Shown one piece after another: positions 55,478 through 64,000 of a stretch of DNA of 64,000 nt. Within the stretch, counting starts at the first letter, position 1, and each line of letters starts with the position of its first letter. The position numbers were made by a program, and so were the translations under genes. This stretch comes from Candidatus Heimdallarchaeota archaeon (GTDB lineage Archaea > Asgardarchaeota > Heimdallarchaeia > Heimdallarchaeales > Heimdallarchaeaceae). The stretch lies in contig JAHLWR010000019.1 of assembly GCA_019057815.1 (NCBI GenBank), forward strand, positions 3,400 through 67,399, read 5' to 3'. Below the pieces are notes generated by a model. It searched no databases. It was not told where the DNA came from and saw only the letters and a program-made list of their open reading frames with translations.

Positions 55478-57802
55478 CTATTTCTTTCTTCGTTGTAGCA
55501 CCACTAAACCAAAGACTAAAAATAGAAAAGTTATCGCAGGAAGGAGAAGAGAGAGCGTTTGAAATTCTGACATAACCTCAGAAACAGTAAATGAGTGATA
55601 TAAACCAACGTTGTCATCGATAGCTTCATTGTGGTCAGCAGAATTATCTATAGCTTTAATGTAATATTCAATTGTGTCACCAGCTGTAAAAAGACCAATA
55701 GTTACGCTGTAAAGATTACCACTTATAAGAGTCATACTAACTTCTAACCAAGTTCCACTATTGACTCTATAGTGGAGAGTAACGGATTGCACACCAGACG
55801 CGTCAGTGATGGTAACATTGATACTAATAATATCTAGTTCTGTAGGTGTAGAGGGAGCGTGAATAATATCAACAATTAGTGGAGGATCAATGTCTACAAT
55901 TACTCCAAGAGGATATATGTCAACTGAACCAGCTGAACCATCAATATCATAAGTACCTGTTCCTGACCAATCTGACCAATCGTTGCCATATTGTGTTTCA
56001 GTATCATACCAAAAGTTGTCAAATCCTTCATCATACGCTTGTGAAGTTCCTCCTAGTCTATTGTCTACAAAAGTATTATGGTGAATAAAATTATTATCAG
56101 AACCATATCTTAAGTATACTCCATAGCCTACATTTTCTTGTAGAACATTGTAAGTAACGACACAGAAATCCGAAGAACTAAGATAGATGCCATAATCGTT
56201 GTTGTTGCAAGTGTTGTTTGTAACAGTAGAAGAATCAGAAGAGCTAAGATAGATGCTTTCCCAGTTGTTACTGTTACAAGTGTTGTTTGTAACAGTAGAT
56301 CTACTAGAATCTTCAAGATAGATACCGTATTGGTTATTGTTGCTACATGTGTTGTTTGTAACAGTAGAAGAATCAGAAGAGCTGAGATAGATGCCAAAAT
56401 AGTTGTTGCTGCAAGTGTTGTTTGTAACAGTAGAAGAATCAGAAGAGAAAAGAAATATACCCTCGATATTGTTACTACAAGTGTTGTTTGCAACAGTAGA
56501 ACTAACAGAATACCGAATATAGATACCGATTTGGTTATTGTTATTACATGTGTTATTTGCAACAGTAGAAGAATCAGAAGAGCTGAGATAGATGCCAAAG
56601 TAGTTGTTGCTACAAGTGGTATTAATGATAACTGAATTTGAACAGTAGTAGAGAGATAGACCAGTTCCAGCGTTATTTAATATTTGGTCACGTATTGTAA
56701 TATTAGTACAATTAACTAATATTAATTGACCATAAGGTTCAGCAATTATCGTAGAGTCTAGGTTAATGTAAAAACCCATTTTTTTCTCATTCACCCAATT
56801 ATTCTCGACAGTATATGATAAATAAGCATCAACCGTATCTTCCCTTATCTCTAAACCGCAATTAGTAAAAGTGTTGTTTACAACAGTAGAACTAACAGAA
56901 TACCGAAGATAAATGCCTTCCCAGTTGTTATGGTTGCACGTGTTGTTTACAACAGTCGAATTATCAGAATAGTAAAGATAGATGCCATAGCTATTATTGT
57001 TGCTACAAGTGTTGTTGGCAACAGTAGAACTACCAGAAGCGGAAAGCACGATACCTAAATTGTTGTTGTTGTTGCATGTGTTATTAATGACAGTAGAACT
57101 ACTAGAAGAGTAAAGCAAGATGCCGTCCCAGTTGTTGCTACAAGTGTTGTTGGCAACAGTAGAACTACTAGAAGAGTAAAGCCTGATACCATTCGCTCTA
57201 TTGCTACACGTGTTATTAGCAACAGTCGAATGACTAGAATAGTAAAGATAGATGCCATAGTTGTTATTGTTGCAAGTGTTGTTTACAACAGTAGGAGAAA
57301 CAGAATAGTCAAGCAAGATGCCACAACCATTGCTATTGCAAGTGTTGTTTACAACAGTAGAACTCCCGGAATACAGAAGATAGATGCCATCATAGACATT
57401 GTTACTGCACGTATTGTTGACGACAGTTGCTGTTCTATAAGCTACCCCATAGATATGAATTCCATAATTGCCTGCATCAACATAGCAGTTACGAACAGCA
57501 AAATATCTCGTTGTACCAGTAATATAAATACCATTGACATCAGTTGTTGTGATATTGTAATCCTCAATAAGATAAGGATCATCAACAGTTCCTGCACCTG
57601 GAAAACCGTAATCGGTAAAATTACCATCTGAAGTAATGTATATTGGGTCATGTGGGATTAAAGAGGATAGTGACAGATCCCTTTCATTTTTTTCTGTTAT
57701 TTGTATTCCTTTAGTTATTCCTTGACTAAGATTTAGTATTAACACCACTGTTACTATTAATCCTATTGCTGTTCTTATTGAATAATTTGAAATTTTCTTC
57801 AT
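55478..57802 (-). CDS. PbH1 beta-helix surface protein (774 aa) with a C-terminal Ig-like domain and TM anchor
   Basis: It has the signal MKKISNYSIRTAIGLIVTVVLILNL, the motif PHDPIYITSDGNF, more than 20 coils of STVxNNTCxNN, GNDWSDW...YDIDGSAGSVDIYP, then DPPLIVDI...SGVQSVTLHY...EYYIKAIDNS (beta-sandwich) and the TM LLLPAITFLFLVFGLVVL followed by QRRKK. Confidence 0.85.
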   Translation of the reverse strand: MKKISNYSIRTAIGLIVTVVLILNLSQGITKGIQITEKNERDLSLSSLIPHDPIYITSDGNFTDYGFPGAGTVDDPYLIEDYNITTTDVNGIYITGTTRYFAVRNCYVDAGNYGIHIYGVAYRTATVVNNTCSNNVYDGIYLLYSGSSTVVNNTCNSNGCGILLDYSVSPTVVNNTCNNNNYGIYLYYSSHSTVANNTCSNRANGIRLYSSSSSTVANNTCSNNWDGILLYSSSSSTVINNTCNNNNNLGIVLSASGSSTVANNTCSNNNSYGIYLYYSDNSTVVNNTCNHNNWEGIYLRYSVSSTVVNNTFTNCGLEIREDTVDAYLSYTVENNWVNEKKMGFYINLDSTIIAEPYGQLILVNCTNITIRDQILNNAGTGLSLYYCSNSVIINTTCSNNYFGIYLSSSDSSTVANNTCNNNNQIGIYIRYSVSSTVANNTCSNNIEGIFLFSSDSSTVTNNTCSNNYFGIYLSSSDSSTVTNNTCSNNNQYGIYLEDSSRSTVTNNTCNSNNWESIYLSSSDSSTVTNNTCNNNDYGIYLSSSDFCVVTYNVLQENVGYGVYLRYGSDNNFIHHNTFVDNRLGGTSQAYDEGFDNFWYDTETQYGNDWSDWSGTGTYDIDGSAGSVDIYPLGVIVDIDPPLIVDIIHAPSTPTELDIISINVTITDASGVQSVTLHYRVNSGTWLEVSMTLISGNLYSVTIGLFTAGDTIEYYIKAIDNSADHNEAIDDNVGLYHSFTVSEVMSEFQTLSLLLPAITFLFLVFGLVVLQRRKK

Positions 57803-57917
57803 TTTTTCACCTTGTTATCCTTACACTTTGACGAATGGTTTTGATAAGAAGATAGGCAAGTGTAGTGTTTTTATCAATTTATATATTTTTAGTTTTATAT
57901 TTAAAGAAGGAAAAAAG
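57803..57917 (-). repeat. Duplicated upstream region (5' UTR plus promoter), copy B
   Basis: See copy A. About 110 nt align with only a few substitutions or indels. Confidence 0.8.
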
Positions 57918-57978
57918 AGAAAGGGTGTATGTTTTGCTCTTGTTAATACTTCTTTTCTATGCAGTTTCTAACAGCTAG

Positions 57979-59437
57979 TCTACTTCTTTTTCTTCTTTGA
58001 GATTATCCTTGTGAGTATTAAGGGTACTACTAATATTAGGAGAGTAAATGTAAAGTTTAATGGATTTTCATCTGTAGTCGATTCAACTGAATGTTCAGCA
58101 AGGTTCATCAAGAGGATATAAATCTTCTGTACCAGTTGAACCATCAATAGCATAAGAACCTGTTCCTGACCAATCTGACCAGTAATTACCTTCCAAAGTT
58201 AAAGTATCATACCAATAGTTGTTAGTACTATCATCAAGAGCTTGGGAATTTCCTTTTAGATTATTGTCTACAAAGGTATTATGGTGAATAAGATTATTAT
58301 CAGAACTAAGGAATAAGTATACTCCATATTTGATATTTTCTTGTAGAAGATTGTAAGTAATGACACAAAAATCAGAATAGAAAAGCAAGATACCTTCCCA
58401 GTTGTTGTTACTGCAAGTGTTGTTAGCAACCGTCGAACTATTAGAAAGGGAAAGAGAGATTCCTCTGTAGTTGTTGTTGCAAGTGTTGTTGGCAACAGTC
58501 GAACTACTAGAAGACTCAAGACTGATGCCATGCTTGTTATTGTTTTCGCACGTGTTGTTAATAATAGCTGAATATGTACAGGAGTAGAGAAATAGACCAG
58601 TTGTAGCGTTATTTAATATTTGGTCACGTACAGTCACATTAGTACAATTAACTAATATTAATTGACATTAAACTGGTTCAGCAATAGTAGTAGAGTCAAG
58701 GTTAGTGTAAAAACCCAGTTTTTTACCATTCACCCAATTATTCTCAACAGTATATGATAAGTAAGTGTCAACTGTATCTTCTCTTATAACCAAACTACAA
58801 TTAGTAAAAGTGTTGTTTGCTACAGTAGAGCTACCAGAAGAGTAAAGCAAGATGCCGTCATCACCATTGTTGATGCACGTGTTATTTGCAACAGTCGAAC
58901 TTCCAGAAGAACGAAGCAAGATACCTCTGTTGTTGTTGTTGCACGTGTTATTTGCAACAGTCGAACTTCCAGAATTGTAAAGCTTGATGCCCCAGTAGTT
59001 ATTGCTGAATATGTTGTTAATGACAGTCGAACTATCAGAAGACCAAAGATAGATTCCATCCCATTGATTGTTGCTACACGTGTTGTCCTCAATAGTTACA
59101 GTACCATCAGCTGCATCATCGATATAAATGCCATAATCACCTGCGTCAATATAGCAGTTACGAACAATGAAATATCCCGTTGTATCAGTGATATAAATAC
59201 CATAGTCAGTCCATGTTGTAATGTTATATCCCTCAATAATATAAGGATCTTCAGCTGTTCCTGTTCCTAGAAAAACCTCAAAATCGCTATCACTTGTTAT
59301 TTCAATAGGATCATGAGGAGTTAGCTCTAACGAAGTAGGTCTATAATTATTCTCTTGGGCAGTTATTTGTACATTGATATTCGATGCATACATTGACAAT
59401 ATCAGTATTATAGTACTATTATTGTTCTCTTTTTCAT
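57979..59437 (-). pseudogene. Degraded PbH1 beta-helix paralog
   Basis: The remnant signal peptide MKKRTIIVL* (ATG at 59435-59437) is out of frame with the body. An in-frame TAA at 58668-58670 replaces the Tyr of the conserved IAEPVYGQLILVNC. The C-terminal anchor (EHSVESTTDENPLNFTFTLLILVV...KKKKK*) is present at 57979-58094 but frameshifted. The copy is also shorter than its intact paralogs. Confidence 0.7.
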
Positions 59438-59630
59438 AAAATCACACTTATTGAAACTCTTTATCGAATAAATATTTTGTGCAACAAATTCTTCGTTAAT
59501 AATCATAACTGGAATATTTTTCGAGTTTATAAACCAATTTGAGAATAATAGGTCAAACCCATCAGTTCTAATATCTTCCTATCTTCAAAAAACCCAAAAA
59601 GAAAGCATAAAATTACAGAAGGACTATTTC

Positions 59631-60044
59631 ATGATGGAAGAACTCTTAGAACGTCAATATTCAGTAACAGTCAGTATTCTAGAAAAGGTCATCTTTATCT
59701 TTTTCACTCTTCTTTCTGTTATTGCTTCTGTTCTTTCATTTACTGATTCTTCTGATAATTCTTCTTATTCCCTTGTTTTCAAAATCTTCATCGTTTTCTT
59801 AACTCTCTTAATTTTCCTCTATTCTTTCATCATCACAGTCCTTATTCCTGTAATTGCCAAGAGTATTCTTCCAAAAATAGTTGACTTGCTTAACTGCAAT
59901 TTTACTTCTTTTAGGTTTTTTTCTACTTATAGATTGGAATCTTTCCAATACAAGAATTTCCAAGAGAGAGATCTATGTGAGGATATTAGATTTGAAGAGA
60001 ATAAGGATAAAGAGGATTTATCAATTTCAGGAGGTATTAACTAA
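59631..60044 (+). CDS. Hypothetical membrane protein (137 aa)
   Basis: It has two long hydrophobic segments (IFIFFTLLSVIASVLSF and FKIFIVFLTLLIFLYSFIITVLIPVIA). Confidence 0.4.
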   Translation: MMEELLERQYSVTVSILEKVIFIFFTLLSVIASVLSFTDSSDNSSYSLVFKIFIVFLTLLIFLYSFIITVLIPVIAKSILPKIVDLLNCNFTSFRFFSTYRLESFQYKNFQERDLCEDIRFEENKDKEDLSISGGIN

Positions 60045-60046
60045 CT

Positions 60047-60313
60047 ATGTTGTGGGAATTAATTTTCGAAATTGAACATAAAGTCAAAGGAATAACTGTC
60101 GGTTTAGCCAATTATAAAATCTCTACTAGAGATGATTTGGAATATTTTTTGAGTCATTGTGTAAATGAATCTAATACTCCTGATGAACTATGGGAATATA
60201 GAGCTGTGCTTTTAGATGAAAATGGTAAAAAAGTAATTTTATCCGATCTTAATGAAATAATTATTAACAAAGAAAAATGCTTTGGTTCTGATACTATTCC
60301 AACTAGCGTTTAA
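60047..60313 (+). CDS. Hypothetical protein (88 aa)
   Basis: Its ATG lies 2 nt after the preceding stop, so the two genes are coupled. No motif was recognised. Confidence 0.35.
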   Translation: MLWELIFEIEHKVKGITVGLANYKISTRDDLEYFLSHCVNESNTPDELWEYRAVLLDENGKKVILSDLNEIIINKEKCFGSDTIPTSV

Positions 60314-60452
60314 AGTTAATAGTATTGAAATATCTGAATAAAGAAAAAAAAAGAACAAAAATAGGTGTTAACTCCACCCACATTGGTGACAGTTAATAAT
60401 TTATGAACAATTAGCTTAAATATTGTTATAGCTTAAATCAGGTGACTGAACT

Positions 60453-61109
60453 ATGTTACTTAATGAAAAAATTAATCTTTTCGAAAAGAGAGTTCTATAT
60501 GAACTTCTTGAAATTGCTGACAAAATTACAAATGGATACGAAGATTTTCCTGCGATTCCTTTTTCAGACAAAGCAACTCTCGCTATTATTCTGAGTTATT
60601 TTGAAATGATTGGAAAATATGTCGATGGATATGTTTTGGATGATAAAAATAGTAAGTCTGGATATTATTTTCAGGAAGGACTGAAGGAGGTTCTGAAAGG
60701 CTTAAGATATGGATATGAAGAATCGGTTAGACATGTTGTAAATTTTATTTGTGAACTCCTTTACAAAGGAGGAAGATGTAGACTTTATCATGTAAGCAGT
60801 TTGGATAAACGTATAGAAATTAAAAAACATAAAAAAAATAAAGCAATCCAACTAGATTTTCCATCTGGTAGTAGAGAGGAACTTGGTGACTGGTCCAAAT
60901 TCAAATTATATATAGATATAAATGAATTGGTTGGTGGTGTCATAAAGAACTGTAAAAGCTATATTGAAATGCTTAGGCTTGGTAATGATAAGGCTCTAAT
61001 TAAGAATTTCAGCAAAAGATTTGACTATGATTACAAACCAGTTAATATAAAAATAGATTCTTTGAAAACAATTCTAGATAAAATAACGGAAGACATTATT
61101 AAAAGTTAA
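60453..61109 (+). CDS. Hypothetical protein (218 aa)
   Basis: It is a clean ORF with GGTGA 8 nt upstream of the ATG. No motif was recognised. Confidence 0.45.
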   Translation: MLLNEKINLFEKRVLYELLEIADKITNGYEDFPAIPFSDKATLAIILSYFEMIGKYVDGYVLDDKNSKSGYYFQEGLKEVLKGLRYGYEESVRHVVNFICELLYKGGRCRLYHVSSLDKRIEIKKHKKNKAIQLDFPSGSREELGDWSKFKLYIDINELVGGVIKNCKSYIEMLRLGNDKALIKNFSKRFDYDYKPVNIKIDSLKTILDKITEDIIKS

Positions 61110-61358
61110 TCGAAAAGTTTTACAACCTTTATAAACAAAGTTCTCATTATAGTTCAGCACAGTCACACCTATCTTGTTCTCCCAAACACTTAGTAAAAGG
61201 AAGAAGGTGAAAAGAAGTAGGTATAGACGCTCATGTACGATTGTTCCTAGTTCCTACGTATCACTCCCTATCTTAGATTATGAAAATTTGCTTTTTCTTG
61301 ATTAAAAAAGATAATTTCATGAAGAAGCTTTAAGTTAAGTACGATGTACACAAAATAA

Positions 61359-61856
61359 ATGACATTAAGAAGGGATATCAGTAAAGAAGTTAGAACCTTA
61401 ATTTTCAGCAGAGATAATTATAAATGTCGTTTTTGTGGTTGTGGTCGTGAGGACAATATAAAATTGACTGTTGACCATTTCTTTCCAATTTCTAAGGGAG
61501 GTACAAATGATTTAGACAATCTTTGGACTTTGTGTCAAGAATGTAATAAAGGAAAAAGAGATATGATTTTGAAAAAACCAACTAAAGAAATATCTTCGGT
61601 TGGGATTCCTGTTCCTCAAGAATATTCAATCGAGCAAGTCACTCAAGCTTTACAGCATTATAAGAAAAGTACTAATCAAGAGCAATTAACAATATACCAA
61701 GCAATTATTGTTGTTCAAACTCCTGGGTTAACTGATGGGATAAATCCTTTGTTCTATCCTTTACCAGCTCAAGCAATTGTAAATGCTATTCATTCTTTAG
61801 AGAAACAAGGAAAACTAAAAATAGAAAAAGCAATGTTAGATGTTTCCAATCTGTGA
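61359..61856 (+). CDS. HNH endonuclease with a C-terminal extension
   Basis: The motif CRFCGC...LTVDHFFPISKGGTNDLDNLWTLCQECNKGK is a canonical HNH beta-beta-alpha-Me pattern with CxxC pairs. Confidence 0.8.
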   Translation: MTLRRDISKEVRTLIFSRDNYKCRFCGCGREDNIKLTVDHFFPISKGGTNDLDNLWTLCQECNKGKRDMILKKPTKEISSVGIPVPQEYSIEQVTQALQHYKKSTNQEQLTIYQAIIVVQTPGLTDGINPLFYPLPAQAIVNAIHSLEKQGKLKIEKAMLDVSNL

Positions 61857-62174
61857 GCTTTCTCTATCCTTTTAATTCTTAAATTCTGTTGCCCTTTTAA
61901 ATCAATTCTTTTTATAGTGGTAAAAATTGCTTCGAATAGATAGGTGAGAAAATAAGTTCTTTCAGAACTGTTTGGAGATTTTGGAGAAGATAATGGACGG
62001 ACTGAAAGAGAAGAACAATTCCTTTGAAGAGTTCATGAAGAGAGCAGAAGAGAAGAAAGCTGGTTAGACTAATTATCAGAGTTTGCTAAAAACAATAAGA
62101 AGTAATTCCTTTACTCTAGGCGCTTATCACTTGAAATAGCTAGCTTTAAATATTTATTTACTCTTGATTCATAT

Positions 62175-64000
62175 ATGGGACTGGAGAAAAAAACAATTTG
62201 TAGCTTATTTGTTCTTCTATTTTTAACTAGTAGTATTCCAATATTTTATGTATTTAGTGATTCTCAAGAAATTGTTTATATGAAAATCTCTCTGTATTCT
62301 GTCCAGATACACAACAACCATGAGGATATTCTGAACAATGGAGATGGTGGTGAGATTTATTTCGAATTTAGCGTTAATGGTTCAAATTTTGGGACAGCAC
62401 AATATAAAGAAATATACGATGGAAACACCATTACTTTAGATTTTGATTTGTTTGATAGTTTAATCAAGGATTACAGTGCTCTCTTTGTCTTTATTAAATG
62501 TATAGAAGCCGATACATTAACTCCAGATGATTTTGTTGGAGAATGTAATTTTACTCTACTTCCTTTGAATGTTGAGGTATTTGTAGCTACATATGGAAAC
62601 TATGAAAGGTTTAGCATTACCAATTCAGATGCTACATTCAATATAGACGTCAATATTAATAATAATATCAATATTCCTCCTAAAGAGAAAGAAGCTCATT
62701 TAAAGATTATACTAAAAGAAGCAGTTATCCTTGATGATCATGAGGTATTTCCTAAGAATATAGATGATAGTGAGATTTATTTCAGTTATGAAATCTATGG
62801 TGCTAAAAAAAGAACTGAAAAGTATACAAATGTGGAAACTGATGAAAACATTCAAATTAATAAAGAGCTTTACAAAGGATTTGTGTTTGGTGATGAATTT
62901 GAGTTCAAACTATTATGTTATGAGTCTGATATTGACAAGGATGATTTATTAGGTGGGATCTACTATCTTTTTCCATTCTTTTCTGCTGAATGGTTTAGCT
63001 CTACTTATGGTGTAAGTTCTCCATGGATAATCTCAATTTCTGATGTTATTTTCAATTTAGAAATAATGGTGACATATCCTGCAATACCAAGTAACTATGA
63101 TATTATTACTCTAGGGGATGCTATTAGAATATCGTTCTCCACATCTATGCCTGCTGAATCAGCAATATATTACAGAACATCTAGTGATTCCTCATTCTCT
63201 TCTTCATCTGATTCTGTACAGAAGACTGACCATGTTATTGACTTATTGAACTTACTCCCCAACACATTGTATTATTTCATGGTAGAAACAAATAATTATG
63301 ATGATGAGAAATATATCGATGACAACTCTGGAATATACTATTCTTTTATCACAAATAGTAACTTACCAATTCTCACTACTCTGACAAAAGATTTAGGAAT
63401 TAACAAAGAATTCCGAAAAGCTCTTACATATAAGATTGGGGATGTGATTATCAGTCTTGGGATATATGCAGGAATTAGTGCTCCACTTCTATTTACACTT
63501 CAAACCCCAAAATATAATTCTCCAGGAGATGAAATCACAACAACAGCATCTGTCATACCGTTAAAAGGTTTTGCAGGAGCTGGAATATTTGGAGAGGTTT
63601 CGTTATATGGATATTCTATTCCATTAATTGAACCTGAGAGTAAATTTGGGAACTTCACATCCCAGTATGGTGATATACTAATTCCAATTCCATTGTCATA
63701 CAAATTTGGTAAACGGTTTGAAACTGAAGATGATTATGCATTTGATCTAACTGCTTCAGTGGAGGTCCTGTTTGAGGTAGGAATTTCTCTTGAAGCTAAT
63801 ATTTCAATGAGTTTTTCAGGAAGTGTGGTGAATAAGAATACAGTTTCTTACATCTTGAATGAAAACCATAAATCCATTTCTCTTGCAGACCAAATTACTA
63901 CTACAGCAAGTAACGGTGATGAGATTAGTTCTGATGTGAATATTACAACACAATTCAATAGTTTATTTTTTAGGGTAAAATCATTAAATTTGTCAATTAC
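62175..64000 (+). CDS. Secreted multidomain protein, partial because it runs off the window end
   Basis: It is not in the ORF track because it has no stop within the window. My manual reading from the ATG at 62175 found no in-frame stop through 64000 (at least 608 codons). It has the signal KKTICSLFVLLFLTSSIPIFYVFS, two tandem ~170-aa modules and an FN3-like segment (AIYYRTSSDSSF...LLPNTLYYFMVET). Confidence 0.6.
   Translation, partial: MGLEKKTICSLFVLLFLTSSIPIFYVFSDSQEIVYMKISLYSVQIHNNHEDILNNGDGGEIYFEFSVNGSNFGTAQYKEIYDGNTITLDFDLFDSLIKDYSALFVFIKCIEADTLTPDDFVGECNFTLLPLNVEVFVATYGNYERFSITNSDATFNIDVNINNNINIPPKEKEAHLKIILKEAVILDDHEVFPKNIDDSEIYFSYEIYGAKKRTEKYTNVETDENIQINKELYKGFVFGDEFEFKLLCYESDIDKDDLLGGIYYLFPFFSAEWFSSTYGVSSPWIISISDVIFNLEIMVTYPAIPSNYDIITLGDAIRISFSTSMPAESAIYYRTSSDSSFSSSSDSVQKTDHVIDLLNLLPNTLYYFMVETNNYDDEKYIDDNSGIYYSFITNSNLPILTTLTKDLGINKEFRKALTYKIGDVIISLGIYAGISAPLLFTLQTPKYNSPGDEITTTASVIPLKGFAGAGIFGEVSLYGYSIPLIEPESKFGNFTSQYGDILIPIPLSYKFGKRFETEDDYAFDLTASVEVLFEVGISLEANISMSFSGSVVNKNTVSYILNENHKSISLADQITTTASNGDEISSDVNITTQFNSLFFRVKSLNLSI

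Noticed and set aside
53286-59270. Overlapping ORFs in the beta-helix genes (for example 53871..54107, 54886..55218, 56128..56598, 56330..56635, 57230..57631 and 58820..59092).
   Set aside because: These are alternate-frame or antisense readings of the repetitive NNTC coding unit, rich in L/T/V/I. The PbH1 frame explains the sequence, signal peptides and anchors.
53209-59437. A periodic ~66-69-nt repetition that could be mistaken for a CRISPR array or satellite.
   Set aside because: The periodicity is the coding repeat of PbH1 coils (STVxNNTCxNN). The units are degenerate, have no unique spacers, and lie inside long ORFs.
46758-61856. Reading the region as an integrated plasmid or provirus, given the ParA-like ATPase, small wHTH and HNH nuclease.
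   Set aside because: No integrase, replication, capsid or terminase genes, no flanking att-type repeats and no tRNA target are visible in the window. It is retained only as an alternative inside the ParA/wHTH finding.

Overview
This is an AT-rich archaeal window. It fits an Asgard (Lokiarchaeia-like) genome best, because it has Rab-like and Arf-like small GTPases, an LRR protein, a tungsten-type aldehyde:ferredoxin oxidoreductase, ComD/ComE-type decarboxylase subunits and GGAGG/GGTGA Shine-Dalgarno motifs; this assignment is inference. No rRNA, tRNA, CRISPR array, integrase or transposase was recognised. Bases 1-15,100 carry metabolic and signalling genes: a Rab-like GTPase, ComD/ComE-like genes, a MoaD-like gene, an Ldh_2 dehydrogenase, an Arf-like GTPase, AOR, a VOC protein, two paralogous 7TM proteins with a C-terminal longin/roadblock-like domain, one secreted beta-helix protein, an LRR protein, and a GC-rich island that looks like a structured RNA. 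Bases 15,530-47,654 are the most striking part. They hold a ~32-kb, six-gene, tightly coupled minus-strand operon encoding a MinD/ParA-type ATPase, a Cys-rich 183-aa protein, a membrane-anchored S8 subtilase and three giant proteins of 1551, 2566 and about 5230 aa. A small wHTH gene is transcribed divergently from it. I could not match this gene set to any described archaeal surface or secretion system, and it is my main candidate for a new system. Bases 48,900-64,000 hold a secreted caspase/legumain-fold (clan CD) peptidase, a tandem family of parallel beta-helix (PbH1) surface proteins with two decaying copies, a small island with an HNH endonuclease, and an unterminated secreted-protein ORF that runs off the window end. 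All functional calls come from reading motifs in the supplied translations; no database search was run.
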